In this document: positions 18,805-27,894 of the stretch, in pieces | Numbering within the stretch: position 1 is the first letter of the stretch | Layout of the letters: every line of letters begins with the position of its first letter | Assembly (NCBI GenBank): GCA_964510435.1 | Contig: CAZEBU010000004.1 | Location: forward strand, 1-59,676 | Direction: 5' to 3' | Origin: an uncultured Candidatus Saccharibacteria bacterium | GTDB taxonomy: Bacteria > Patescibacteriota > WWE3 > UBA101185 > UBA10185 | Length of the DNA stretch: 59,676 nt | The notes under the pieces: generated by a model | Told to the model about the DNA's origin: nothing | Database searches by the model: none | The model's input: the letters and a program-made list of their open reading frames with translations, nothing else | Position numbers and translations under genes: made by a program

Positions 18805-19347
18805 ATGGTAGGAAATTACAAACGTAGAAATTACAGGCCGACTTACAAAAAGCATCTCACGAATCAATATATTAAGGTGCCCGAAGTTAGACTAATAGAC
18901 AGCGATGGCCAAAATTTGGGAGTTTTATCTACTAGAGAAGCTCTCGGCAAGGCGGTGGGACAAGAGCTTGATCTGGTTCTCATTTCCGGAAAAGCCAACC
19001 CGCCTGTGGCTAAAATACTTGACTACAGTAAGTTTTTGTATGACGAGCGAAAAAAACACTCGGCATCCAAAAGCAAATCTGTAAAAAGTGGGACTAAAGA
19101 ATTTATTTTTGGGCCAGCCATCGGGGAAGGGGATCTGGAGCAAAGAATTGCAAGGACCAAAGAGTTTATTAAAGAAGGTAATAGGGTAAAAATGACTGTT
19201 CGTTTAAGAGGAAGGCAAAAATTCCACCCGGAAATCGGCAAGGGAAAATTAGAAAAAGCTATTTCGGACTTGCAAGAAGTAGCTAAAATAGAGGAGGAGC
19301 CGAGATTAAGAGGAAATTTAATTTCCGTAATTTTTGTAAAGAAATAA
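18805..19347 (+). CDS. infC: Translation initiation factor IF-3
   Basis: EVRLID, LDLVLI, PPVAKILDY; thrS-infC-rpmI-rplT synteny. Confidence 0.95.
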   Translation: MVGNYKRRNYRPTYKKHLTNQYIKVPEVRLIDSDGQNLGVLSTREALGKAVGQELDLVLISGKANPPVAKILDYSKFLYDERKKHSASKSKSVKSGTKEFIFGPAIGEGDLEQRIARTKEFIKEGNRVKMTVRLRGRQKFHPEIGKGKLEKAISDLQEVAKIEEEPRLRGNLISVIFVKK

Positions 19348-19348
19348 T

Positions 19349-19552
19349 ATGGGAAAGTTAAAAACTAAAAAAACGTTATATAAAAGAATAAGAAAGACCA
19401 AAACGGGCAAGATTATGAGAAAACAGATAAGAACGGGGCATTTAAAGGTCAAGTGGAGTGCAAAAAAGAAATATAGGAAGGCCAAAAAGAAAATTCAAAA
19501 AAATAAAGGTCATATTAAAAAGTTTAATAGAATGTTAGGAAAACATGCCTAG
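19349..19552 (+). CDS. rpmI: 50S ribosomal protein L35
   Basis: KLKTKK..KR..KTKTGK; synteny. Confidence 0.9.
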   Translation: MGKLKTKKTLYKRIRKTKTGKIMRKQIRTGHLKVKWSAKKKYRKAKKKIQKNKGHIKKFNRMLGKHA

Positions 19553-19904
19553 AGTAAAAGGCGGCCCCAGAAATCGCAGAAGACACAAAAAAATTATTAA
19601 GCTTGCTAAAGGGTATAGAGGCACTAGGAGCAGACTTTATAAAAGAGCCAACGAAGCCGTATTGAGATCCGGGGAGCACGCATTTGCCGGTAGAAGAAAG
19701 AAAAGACGGGATTTGCGCAGACTTTGGGTCATCAGAATTAGTGCTGCCTTGACAAATTATGATCTCAACTACAGCAGATTCATAAAAGGTCTAAAGCTAT
19801 CCAAAATAGAGCTAAATAGAAAGATCCTCTCCGAATTAGCTGTGAACAACCCAAAAGCGTTTGAACAGGTAGTTACTAACGCTAAAGAAAACTTTAGCAA
19901 GTAA
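19545..19904 (+). CDS. rplT: 50S ribosomal protein L20
   Basis: [28 protein letters not shown]. Confidence 0.97.
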   Translation: MPRVKGGPRNRRRHKKIIKLAKGYRGTRSRLYKRANEAVLRSGEHAFAGRRKKRRDLRRLWVIRISAALTNYDLNYSRFIKGLKLSKIELNRKILSELAVNNPKAFEQVVTNAKENFSK

Positions 19905-19940
19905 CAAGATAATAGGTATAATAATACTTGTTCAAAGGCT

Positions 19941-20948
19941 ATGCAAAAACTGTCATCTCAAATACAAGCCCTACGAAAGGAATATCTCTCTAAAATTTCC
20001 CAGGCAGGCAGACTTAAGGATCTTGATGAGACTTACCTTACCCTTTTCTCCAAAAAACACGGAGAAATCACCAAGCTGGTAAAAGAACTTGTTTTACTAC
20101 CATTAGACGAAAAACAAGAAATTGGCCCTTTGCTTAATTCCCTGCAGGAAGAGCTTAAAAATGCCGTGGAAATAAAAAAAAGCGAGTTAGAATGGCAAAA
20201 ATATCAAGATCCCTTAATTGATCTCACTTACCCTGAAAAACCTGCGCGTAGCGGTATGTTACATCCCACAACCCAAGTAATTAGAGAGATGAATAGTTTT
20301 TTCAGATACCACGGGTATTCTATTGTGGAAGGACCGGAAATAGAAACAGAAGAATACAATTTTAGAAAACTAAATCTTCCTAAAGGCCACCCTGCCACCG
20401 ATCTACAAGATACCTTGTATGTTTCTGGAGATATTTTATTGACCTCACACACCTCGTCCATTGAGGCTCGTTTGCTGACAAGTCAAAAACCACCTATCAG
20501 AGCAGCTTTCCCAGGAAAATCATTTAGGAACGAGACTTTAAATAGCACTAACGCCGCTTTTTTTCACCAGTATCAAGGCGTAGTCGTAGATAAGGGTATA
20601 ACAATACAACATTTAATGGGTATTTTAGATGCTTTTCATAGATTTCTCTTTGGTAACGATGTAGAACTACGTTATAGGTACAAATATTACCCGGAAGTCT
20701 CTCCTGGTATGGGGGTGGATATGAGGTGTCTCTTTTGCAATGGTAATGGGTGCCATATCTGCAAGCATACCGGCTGGTTAGAGATACTTGGCAGCGGCAT
20801 GATTCACTACAATATCCTTAAAATGTGTGGCATTGAGCCGGAAGAATATACAGGATTTGCCTTTGGTATGGGTCTAGATAGGCTAGTTATGCAAAGATTT
20901 GGTATTAGTGATATTAGAAAATTATACGGAGAAATTATTTACAAATGA
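19941..20948 (+). CDS. pheS: Phenylalanine--tRNA ligase alpha subunit (atypical pocket residues)
   Basis: GMLHP, GPEIE, HPA.DLQDT, GWLEILG.GM, GFAFGMGLDR. Confidence 0.93.
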   Translation: MQKLSSQIQALRKEYLSKISQAGRLKDLDETYLTLFSKKHGEITKLVKELVLLPLDEKQEIGPLLNSLQEELKNAVEIKKSELEWQKYQDPLIDLTYPEKPARSGMLHPTTQVIREMNSFFRYHGYSIVEGPEIETEEYNFRKLNLPKGHPATDLQDTLYVSGDILLTSHTSSIEARLLTSQKPPIRAAFPGKSFRNETLNSTNAAFFHQYQGVVVDKGITIQHLMGILDAFHRFLFGNDVELRYRYKYYPEVSPGMGVDMRCLFCNGNGCHICKHTGWLEILGSGMIHYNILKMCGIEPEEYTGFAFGMGLDRLVMQRFGISDIRKLYGEIIYK

Positions 20949-22897
20949 GAGTACCGCTGGAATGGTTAAAAGACTATATTGACATAGACAAAGACGTCAA
21001 AGAAATTGGTGAAACTTTTACTTTACTAGGTCTTTTGCTCGGAAAGCCGGTGGAAGAATACCAAAAAGACAACTATAAAACCGGTATTTTAGACCTGGAA
21101 CATAGAATGGACCGCTCCGATTGGCTGAGTATCATAGGTTGTGCTAGAGATTTGTCCGCTTTCGAAAAATTACCTCTAAGACTCCCAGAGGCACACAGGG
21201 AAAACGGAATTCAACCTGCTCATGACCAGGTAATTAATATTGAGGTAAAATGCCCTGATCTAGTGAAAAGATTTAATACCAGAGTTTTTAGAAACATCAA
21301 AGTTGGGCCTTCTCCTGATTGGCTAAAAAATAGGTTGGAAGCCTACGGCATACCAATCATCAACAATATAGTTGACATAACAAATTACGTCATGATCGAA
21401 TTAGGACAGCCCATGCACGCACAAGATATTGGCAAGCTAAAAGCTCCGGAAATAGTTATCAGAAGAGCAAAAAACGGTGAGTCAATTACCACTCTTTTAG
21501 GGGAAACAATAGAATTGAGCGAGGAGCAATTTGTCTTAACCCAGGCGGGGGAAGCTACCGTTATCGGTGGTATAGTAGGCGGAAGCACAACGAGTGTAGA
21601 CGAAACTACCACTGATATCGTACTTGATGCAGGAAATTATGACCAAAACAATATCAGAAGATCATCCAGGAGCTTAAAAATTAGCAACGAAACCGTCTTA
21701 AGATATGATAAATTCCTCCACCCCGAATTAACCCGCCATGCTCTTGAAAGAGCTACCCATTTGATCTTGGAGATCGCCGGGGGAGAGTACTTTGAAAATG
21801 TTGATTGGTATCCTCAAAGGTATGAACTACAACAAATGACCTTAAGGTTATCTAGGTTAGAACAGATCAGCGGCCTCAAATTCGAACTGGAATATGTAAG
21901 GGGAATACTTTTAGATCTGGGGTATAAAATAATCAACGGATCCGCTGAGACTCTTGATCTGGAAATACCTTATTTCAGAACCGATGTGGCCGTAGAAGAC
22001 GACATTGTTTCCGACGTTTTAAGGATCAACAATTACAATAAAATTCCCGTCACCATGATTCCCGCCGCCCCGCCCAAAGACATAACACCCGGGATCTATC
22101 TTTTCGAGGACAAATTACGCGACATTCTCACTAGTTTAAGCTTTCATGAACATATTACTAACCCTTTGGTACCGGAAAACGAAAATGAAAAGGGTCAGGT
22201 TGTACTGGAAAACGCCCTAACCGCAGAAAAGGGAGCTCTAAGAACAAATCTTTCCAAAAGATTGAAAGAGGTGGCAAGCCTTTACGAAAAACGCAGATTA
22301 AAAGACATCAGCATCTTTGAAGTGGGAAGAATATACACCTTTTCCGGGAAAAAGGACGACTATAACTCGTATCAGGAAACCAGAACCGTGGAGGTTCTAA
22401 AGCTGGATCATAACTTAAGTGTTTACGAAAATGCCAAGGAGTCCAAAAAAATACTAGCCTCCTTGATGGATAATCTAGGTATTAGAAATTATCACTTGCA
22501 AAGAAACAACGATCTGGTAGAGATAATTATCTTTGAAGAAAAGGTGGGGGAGGTTACTACTTTAGGATTTAACTTGCAGACCGAACTTCTCTACAAACAT
22601 GCCGGGAAAATGGAAAGGGTTCTCTCCGAATTCCAAGCTCAAACTACTGAAAATCTTTCTCTGCTGTTAGATCTCAGAGCATCTTTTGGACCTATTTTTG
22701 AGGAAATAAAACACTTCAGCCCTGATATTTCGGATGTGGAAGTCTTAGAGGAATACACCGGAAAGGAAATAGGGCAGAATAAGAAAACTGTCTTAGTGCG
22801 TATCACCTACAACACGAGTGAAACCGCAAAAATACGGGAGGATTTGATCAAACGCTTAAAAAATAAGCATAAAGCTGTGCATCGGGATAAGAAATAG
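20945..22897 (+). CDS. pheT: Phenylalanine--tRNA ligase beta subunit (lacks B2 OB-fold)
   Basis: MRVPLEWL, INNIVDITNYVM.ELGQPMHA, PYFRTD, FEVGRIY. Confidence 0.93.
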   Translation: MRVPLEWLKDYIDIDKDVKEIGETFTLLGLLLGKPVEEYQKDNYKTGILDLEHRMDRSDWLSIIGCARDLSAFEKLPLRLPEAHRENGIQPAHDQVINIEVKCPDLVKRFNTRVFRNIKVGPSPDWLKNRLEAYGIPIINNIVDITNYVMIELGQPMHAQDIGKLKAPEIVIRRAKNGESITTLLGETIELSEEQFVLTQAGEATVIGGIVGGSTTSVDETTTDIVLDAGNYDQNNIRRSSRSLKISNETVLRYDKFLHPELTRHALERATHLILEIAGGEYFENVDWYPQRYELQQMTLRLSRLEQISGLKFELEYVRGILLDLGYKIINGSAETLDLEIPYFRTDVAVEDDIVSDVLRINNYNKIPVTMIPAAPPKDITPGIYLFEDKLRDILTSLSFHEHITNPLVPENENEKGQVVLENALTAEKGALRTNLSKRLKEVASLYEKRRLKDISIFEVGRIYTFSGKKDDYNSYQETRTVEVLKLDHNLSVYENAKESKKILASLMDNLGIRNYHLQRNNDLVEIIIFEEKVGEVTTLGFNLQTELLYKHAGKMERVLSEFQAQTTENLSLLLDLRASFGPIFEEIKHFSPDISDVEVLEEYTGKEIGQNKKTVLVRITYNTSETAKIREDLIKRLKNKHKAVHRDKK

Positions 22898-22908
22898 AGA
22901 TTTCGGTT

Positions 22909-25602
22909 TCAATTAAGCTGGTAGCCAATGACCTCCAACAATATTTTATCTTCGTCCTTATTGCCCTCATCATCCTTAACAGACACTACAAACTCATGAA
23001 TACCTATTTGGTCCTTATTAAGTTCAAAATTGTATCCGTAAGGCTCTGATTCGTCACTGGTGATCTTTTCATCGTCCATATAGATATTTACCCTCTCAAT
23101 TTCATTAGCCGTGGAAATCTCAACACTAAGCCTAAAATCCAGGGGAACCTTATCTCCGTCTTTAAAATTTATTATATTGGCGCAGATCTCATCCGAGTCT
23201 TTCACATCCCCGTCGTCCTCAAATTCCAGACAAGTTTTTGTTTTAGGCGGAAAGTAGGTGTCATCATCGGAATAATTCTCGCTGATCCATTTATCTACAT
23301 ACATTTGCCATTCGGGAAGCTCAGCTTGTATATCTATGAAAGTCTTGGTTTTAGTTCTATCCGCATCATCACAGGAATCGTTAGCTATTTTCCCGTCTAC
23401 CTTGCAGATCTCTAAAGTTTTGTACCAATCGCTAATGGAAGAGGGCTCCGTTCCTTTGATAAACCATTCCTGACGGGTATTTTCTTCGTCGTTAGGACGC
23501 ATACCGGTCAATTTATCAACAGTATGTTTCTTGACATTTTCCGGTGGTTCAAATTTTTCACTGCCGTCGGGAAAGTATGTCTCTAAAAAGAGCTTCATAG
23601 TTTTATTCCATATGGGCGTGGCTCCGGTAATACCCGAAGCAACATAGGGATTCATAGCATCGTTGTTGTTGTTACCAACCCAAACACCGATGACTACCGA
23701 AGGGGTAAAACCAAGGGCATAATTATCTCTCTTATCGTCAGTGGTTCCGGTCTTCACACCTACGCGGTACCCCGGGATATTTAGCAAACTACCAAAGCCA
23801 AATACTTCACTCCTAGCTCCATCATCTGACAAGATGTCGGCAATCAAAAAGGCTACACCCTCATCTAAAACTTCCTTGCCCCCGTTATCCTGCCAGCTGT
23901 ACAAAACATTACCCCTGGCATCGGTCACTTCGATAATAGGAGTGGGTTCATAAAATTTCCCTTTATTGGCAAAGGTGGAAAACGCACCTGTCAATTCCAA
24001 CAACTTTGTCTCTCCACCGCCCAAAGTCAGAGCTAACCCGTATCTTTGTCTTTGTTTGAATGTACTAATACCCATCTCTTCAGCGGTATCGATCATGTTG
24101 TCTATACCCACAATTTTTAAGGCCTTCACTGCCGGTATGTTCAGCGAATTCCCTAAAGCTTTTCTTACCGGCATGGGACCTCTAAAAATTCCGTCGTAGT
24201 TTTCCGGCACGTACGGTTTTTCAGGAGCTTCCCCCGGAAACTTAGTAGGTACATCCAGCAGCATGTAAGAAGCTGTGTATCCTTCTTTAAGCATAGCGGC
24301 ATAGGTAATCGGCTTGATAGCTGACCCGGGCTGTCTATTAGCTAGGGTTACGTTGAGGTTTGGTTCAAAAACACAGCTATCTTCGCCGGTAATTCCTGAT
24401 GTACAATCCTGCGGCTCAGAATCCAGGAAATAACCTTTGGAACCTACCATGGCCAAAATATGACCGGTTTTTGGCTCGATGGCTACCAAACCACCGTTAT
24501 GGACATTAAAACCTTTGGCGGCTTCCACTTCTTCGAAAACTATTTCCTGGGCTCTTTCTTGAAAATCCAGATCAAGGGTGGTTTTGACACGCAGGCCTCC
24601 TTGTTCGACAAATTCTTCTCCAAAAAGTTCAATTAGTTTTTGCTTGGCATAAAAAACAAAATGGGGAGCTTGAAAGGGTATGCTGGACGATTCAAACGCT
24701 AATGCTTCCTGAAAAGCTTGTTCGTATTCTTCATCACTGATGTAATATCGGTTACCGTCCTGACCCAACCAACCTCTGTCACGCATCAGCTCGAGTACCA
24801 CGTTTTTTCTCTGCAAACCCGCTTCGGGATTAGCTCCAAATTGCGAATAATAACTTGGACTTTGCGGTAATCCTGCCAGGTAGGCGGCTTCCGCAAGAGT
24901 AAGATCGTTGGGGTCTTTGTTAAAATAAGCTTTGGAAGCGGTATAAATTCCGTAGTTTTGCCCTCCGTATGGACTTTCGTTCAGATACATCTGTAAGATC
25001 TCATCCTTGGCGTATCTGTTTTCTAACTGCAGTGAGAGTATAAGCTCTTTTATTTTCCTGGAAACAGTCCTTTCTTGACTTAGCAAGGTATTTTTAATCA
25101 CCTGCTGGGTGAGCGTAGAGCCTCCCTGTAAACCTTTACCTGTCAGAGTATTACGCAAAGCTCTGAGCATACCTTTTAAAGAAAATCCCTTGTGGGAGTA
25201 AAAATTAGCATCTTCAATGGCCAACGTAGAGTTTACGGCATAGGACGAGATTTCATCAAGCTTGACAAGTGTGCGGTTCTTTTCCCCGTAAACCTCAAAG
25301 ATTGGTTTATCATTGCGGTCATAAATTATGGTTGAAAGCTCGTAAGATCTTTCCAGGAGCTGGTTTGGGGTAGGCAGCTGCCTGGAAATAGCTGCCAGCA
25401 CTACTAGAAAAAATAGAGTTCCCACTACCATGGAAACTAAAATAAAAGTGGAGATGTAGGTAAGCAGATAGAGTTGTTTTTGGTTCAAATTCACTCGAGG
25501 TAATTTTATCCCTTTGCTTATCTTGGTGTTATATATATTCCTTTTTACCTTGTAATAAGCCTTTTTAATGTGTCTTTTCTTATACCGAATGAGCTTGATC
25601 AT
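22909..25602 (-). CDS. Class A penicillin-binding protein (PBP1A family) with acidic Ig-like C-terminal extension
   Basis: Glycosyltransferase motifs EDANFY.H.G and GGSTLTQQ; transpeptidase motifs S.IK, S.N, KTGT. Confidence 0.93.
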   Translation of the reverse strand: MIKLIRYKKRHIKKAYYKVKRNIYNTKISKGIKLPRVNLNQKQLYLLTYISTFILVSMVVGTLFFLVVLAAISRQLPTPNQLLERSYELSTIIYDRNDKPIFEVYGEKNRTLVKLDEISSYAVNSTLAIEDANFYSHKGFSLKGMLRALRNTLTGKGLQGGSTLTQQVIKNTLLSQERTVSRKIKELILSLQLENRYAKDEILQMYLNESPYGGQNYGIYTASKAYFNKDPNDLTLAEAAYLAGLPQSPSYYSQFGANPEAGLQRKNVVLELMRDRGWLGQDGNRYYISDEEYEQAFQEALAFESSSIPFQAPHFVFYAKQKLIELFGEEFVEQGGLRVKTTLDLDFQERAQEIVFEEVEAAKGFNVHNGGLVAIEPKTGHILAMVGSKGYFLDSEPQDCTSGITGEDSCVFEPNLNVTLANRQPGSAIKPITYAAMLKEGYTASYMLLDVPTKFPGEAPEKPYVPENYDGIFRGPMPVRKALGNSLNIPAVKALKIVGIDNMIDTAEEMGISTFKQRQRYGLALTLGGGETKLLELTGAFSTFANKGKFYEPTPIIEVTDARGNVLYSWQDNGGKEVLDEGVAFLIADILSDDGARSEVFGFGSLLNIPGYRVGVKTGTTDDKRDNYALGFTPSVVIGVWVGNNNNDAMNPYVASGITGATPIWNKTMKLFLETYFPDGSEKFEPPENVKKHTVDKLTGMRPNDEENTRQEWFIKGTEPSSISDWYKTLEICKVDGKIANDSCDDADRTKTKTFIDIQAELPEWQMYVDKWISENYSDDDTYFPPKTKTCLEFEDDGDVKDSDEICANIINFKDGDKVPLDFRLSVEISTANEIERVNIYMDDEKITSDESEPYGYNFELNKDQIGIHEFVVSVKDDEGNKDEDKILLEVIGYQLN

Positions 25603-25742
25603 AGAACGATTATATCAGAGTAGTTTATTTAAAAAATAATCACTTTTTCTTAATAACGTAAATTTTGATATAATGTTGAGTACTTTCTGCTAACAAGAAA
25701 AAATAAAAAAAGAGAGATAGTGAGTTACAAGGAGAGGAGCTC

Positions 25743-26012
25743 ATGTCAAGGAGTAAAAAGTCTGTTTCAGAAGAACCAATTTTAGTACGAGTAGTGCCGG
25801 TTCACTCAGGTAGACCTATGGACGATGGTCCACGGTATGCGCTCGCCAAACACGGTTGTACCAACGGCGATGCCAGGTTTCTTACGAAAAACTGTCGGTG
25901 GTCCAAATCTTGGAAACACGACAATGTGATTCGGTTCGACATGCCATTCCAAGCTCAATCAACACTTAGGAGTGGGATTAGCCGTCCGAACAGGTTCAAG
26001 ATCACATCGTAA
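25743..26012 (+). CDS. Small basic hypothetical protein
   Basis: AAGGAGAGGAG SD; TGnTATAAT promoter at 25666-25674. Confidence 0.6.
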   Translation: MSRSKKSVSEEPILVRVVPVHSGRPMDDGPRYALAKHGCTNGDARFLTKNCRWSKSWKHDNVIRFDMPFQAQSTLRSGISRPNRFKITS

Positions 26013-26046
26013 GACACTAAGTCAGTCACTTAGCAGAAAGTGACTT

Positions 26047-26102
26047 AAAAAATCTCGGTATTGCCAAACCAGCTGGCGGCGCTACCGAGATTTTCTTTTT
26101 TT
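26047..26102 (+). terminator. Rho-independent terminator
   Basis: AAAATCTCGGTA...TACCGAGATTTT stem plus T-run. Confidence 0.7.
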
Positions 26103-26176
26103 CAATATCTTTTTTGTCTGTTGTACTATAAGACACCCAAAGAATAAATGAAGATAAAGGAGAGGAGACTAACGTA

Positions 26177-26434
26177 ATGCGGGCTCATTGTGTTTTTAGG
26201 ATCAAGGGACATAACAAAAAAGTTTGGGGAGAGTTTGAAGTTGATCCTGACAACCCTAACATTGGTACCTTCACCACGGAATACGAGACTGATGTTTACT
26301 TTAGTGGCACAGCTAATATTCTAGTGCCCATTAGGGGGATTCGTAATGTTTTTGAGCCTCAAGGAAAGTGGAAATTTCGTACGGATCGCAAGCTGCACAC
26401 GGGGACAGTCTACCAAATTAAGCGGGTAGACTAA
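26177..26434 (+). CDS. Small beta-rich hypothetical protein
   Basis: AAGGAGAGGAG SD; own promoter and terminator. Confidence 0.65.
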   Translation: MRAHCVFRIKGHNKKVWGEFEVDPDNPNIGTFTTEYETDVYFSGTANILVPIRGIRNVFEPQGKWKFRTDRKLHTGTVYQIKRVD

Positions 26435-26441
26435 CTCCCAC

Positions 26442-26494
26442 GAGTCCTTATCATCACCCCGTCAACGAAAGTGATAAGGACTCCACTCTTTTTT
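26442..26494 (+). terminator. Rho-independent terminator
   Basis: GAGTCCTTATCA...TGATAAGGACTC 12-bp stem plus T-rich tail. Confidence 0.7.
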
Positions 26495-26514
26495 CACTAT
26501 GCTATACTAATTTC

Positions 26515-27726
26515 ATGCCAAAGATCCTCAAAGACATTGATCTAATCAACACTTTTCTAGATAGGGGAGTAGAAAAAATATATCCTTCAAAAGATGCGTT
26601 AAGAAAAAAGTTACTCTCGGGGGAGGGGTTGAAAGTCTATCAAGGATTTGATCCTACCGGACCATATCTCCACATAGGACACGCTATAGGCATTAGAGCT
26701 TTAAGAATTTTACAGCAATTGGGTCACAAAATAATTTTTTTAGTAGGAGATTTTACCTCCAGAGTAGGCGATCCCGATAAAGATAAAACTCGCCAATTAT
26801 TAACAGCCGAGCAGGTGAAAAAAAACGCGGAGGGGTGGAAAAAACAGGTCTCCCAACTCATCAATTTCGGTGGAAAAAATGCTGTACAGCTCAAATACAA
26901 CTACCTGTGGCTTTCAAAACTAAAATTGGAGGATATCATTAAACTTATGAGTCACACCACCGTACAACAGATGCTGGAGAGAGATCTTTTCCAAAACAGA
27001 CTTAAAGAAAATAAACCCATTGCCCTGCAAGAATTCATCTATCCTTTGATGCAAGGTTACGACAGCGTGGCCATGCAAGTAGATATGGAAATTGGCGGCA
27101 CTGACCAAACTTTTAACATGCTCATGGGCAGAACTTTATGTAAAGCCTATCTTAATAAAGAAAAATTCGTTCGCACCAATATACTTATGGATGCTCCGGA
27201 TGATCAAACCATGAGCAAAACCAGAGGAAACAGCTTAAACTTAGGTGATCCCCCTCATGAGATGTATGGAAAAGCCATGTCCTACCCCGATGAACTTATC
27301 ACCAAAGGTCTGACCTTATTAACGGATGTACCGTTGGACGAAATAGGCGAGATGGAAAAGCTAATACAAAAAGGTGAGAACCCCATGCAGTTTAAGAAGT
27401 TTATGGCTTACGAAATCGTTAAAAGCATAAAGGGTGAAAAGGAAGCAGAAAAAGCTCAGCTCCACTTTGAAAAAACCGTGCAGGAAGGTGGGATCAGCGA
27501 ATTTAACACCTTAACCGAGGACATTTCCGGCAGCATGACCATTTTGGAATTTCTTAAAAAAAGCTCTCTTTCCGGCAACATCAGTACTTCTGAATTTAAA
27601 CGGACTATCAGCCAAGGTGGTTTTGAGATCAACGCGCAAAAATGCACGGACCACAATCAGAACCACGATTTTAAAAAAGGTGACACCATAAAATTTGGAA
27701 AAAGGATTTTTGTTAAACTAAAATAG
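26515..27726 (+). CDS. tyrS: Tyrosine--tRNA ligase
   Basis: GFDPTG, HIGH, YPLMQGYD, GGTDQ.FN, MSKT, C-terminal S4 domain. Confidence 0.97.
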   Translation: MPKILKDIDLINTFLDRGVEKIYPSKDALRKKLLSGEGLKVYQGFDPTGPYLHIGHAIGIRALRILQQLGHKIIFLVGDFTSRVGDPDKDKTRQLLTAEQVKKNAEGWKKQVSQLINFGGKNAVQLKYNYLWLSKLKLEDIIKLMSHTTVQQMLERDLFQNRLKENKPIALQEFIYPLMQGYDSVAMQVDMEIGGTDQTFNMLMGRTLCKAYLNKEKFVRTNILMDAPDDQTMSKTRGNSLNLGDPPHEMYGKAMSYPDELITKGLTLLTDVPLDEIGEMEKLIQKGENPMQFKKFMAYEIVKSIKGEKEAEKAQLHFEKTVQEGGISEFNTLTEDISGSMTILEFLKKSSLSGNISTSEFKRTISQGGFEINAQKCTDHNQNHDFKKGDTIKFGKRIFVKLK

Positions 27727-27728
27727 TC

Positions 27729-27875
27729 ATGGCAAAACAAAAAGAAATACCAAAGAAAAAACTTATCAAGAAAAGGGTAAAGAGAGCTCTTAGACCTAGA
27801 AATATAGGTAAAATTCTTATCATAGCGGCTACCATAGCTCTTCTGGCTACATCTATCCTTCCTTATTTACTCTAA
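27729..27875 (+). CDS. Small basic protein with C-terminal TM helix (48 aa, not in the ORF track)
   Basis: MAKQKEIPKKKLIKKRVKRALRPRNIGKILIIAATIALLATSILPYLL*, 2 nt after tyrS. Confidence 0.65.
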   Translation: MAKQKEIPKKKLIKKRVKRALRPRNIGKILIIAATIALLATSILPYLL

Positions 27876-27894
27876 AAATTGCTAGAATAAATAG

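Noticed and set aside
25743-26496. Integron cassette array (attC sites)
   Set aside because: The hairpins lack paired RYYYAAC/GTTRRRY ends, each ORF has its own promoter and terminator, and there is no integrase in the window.
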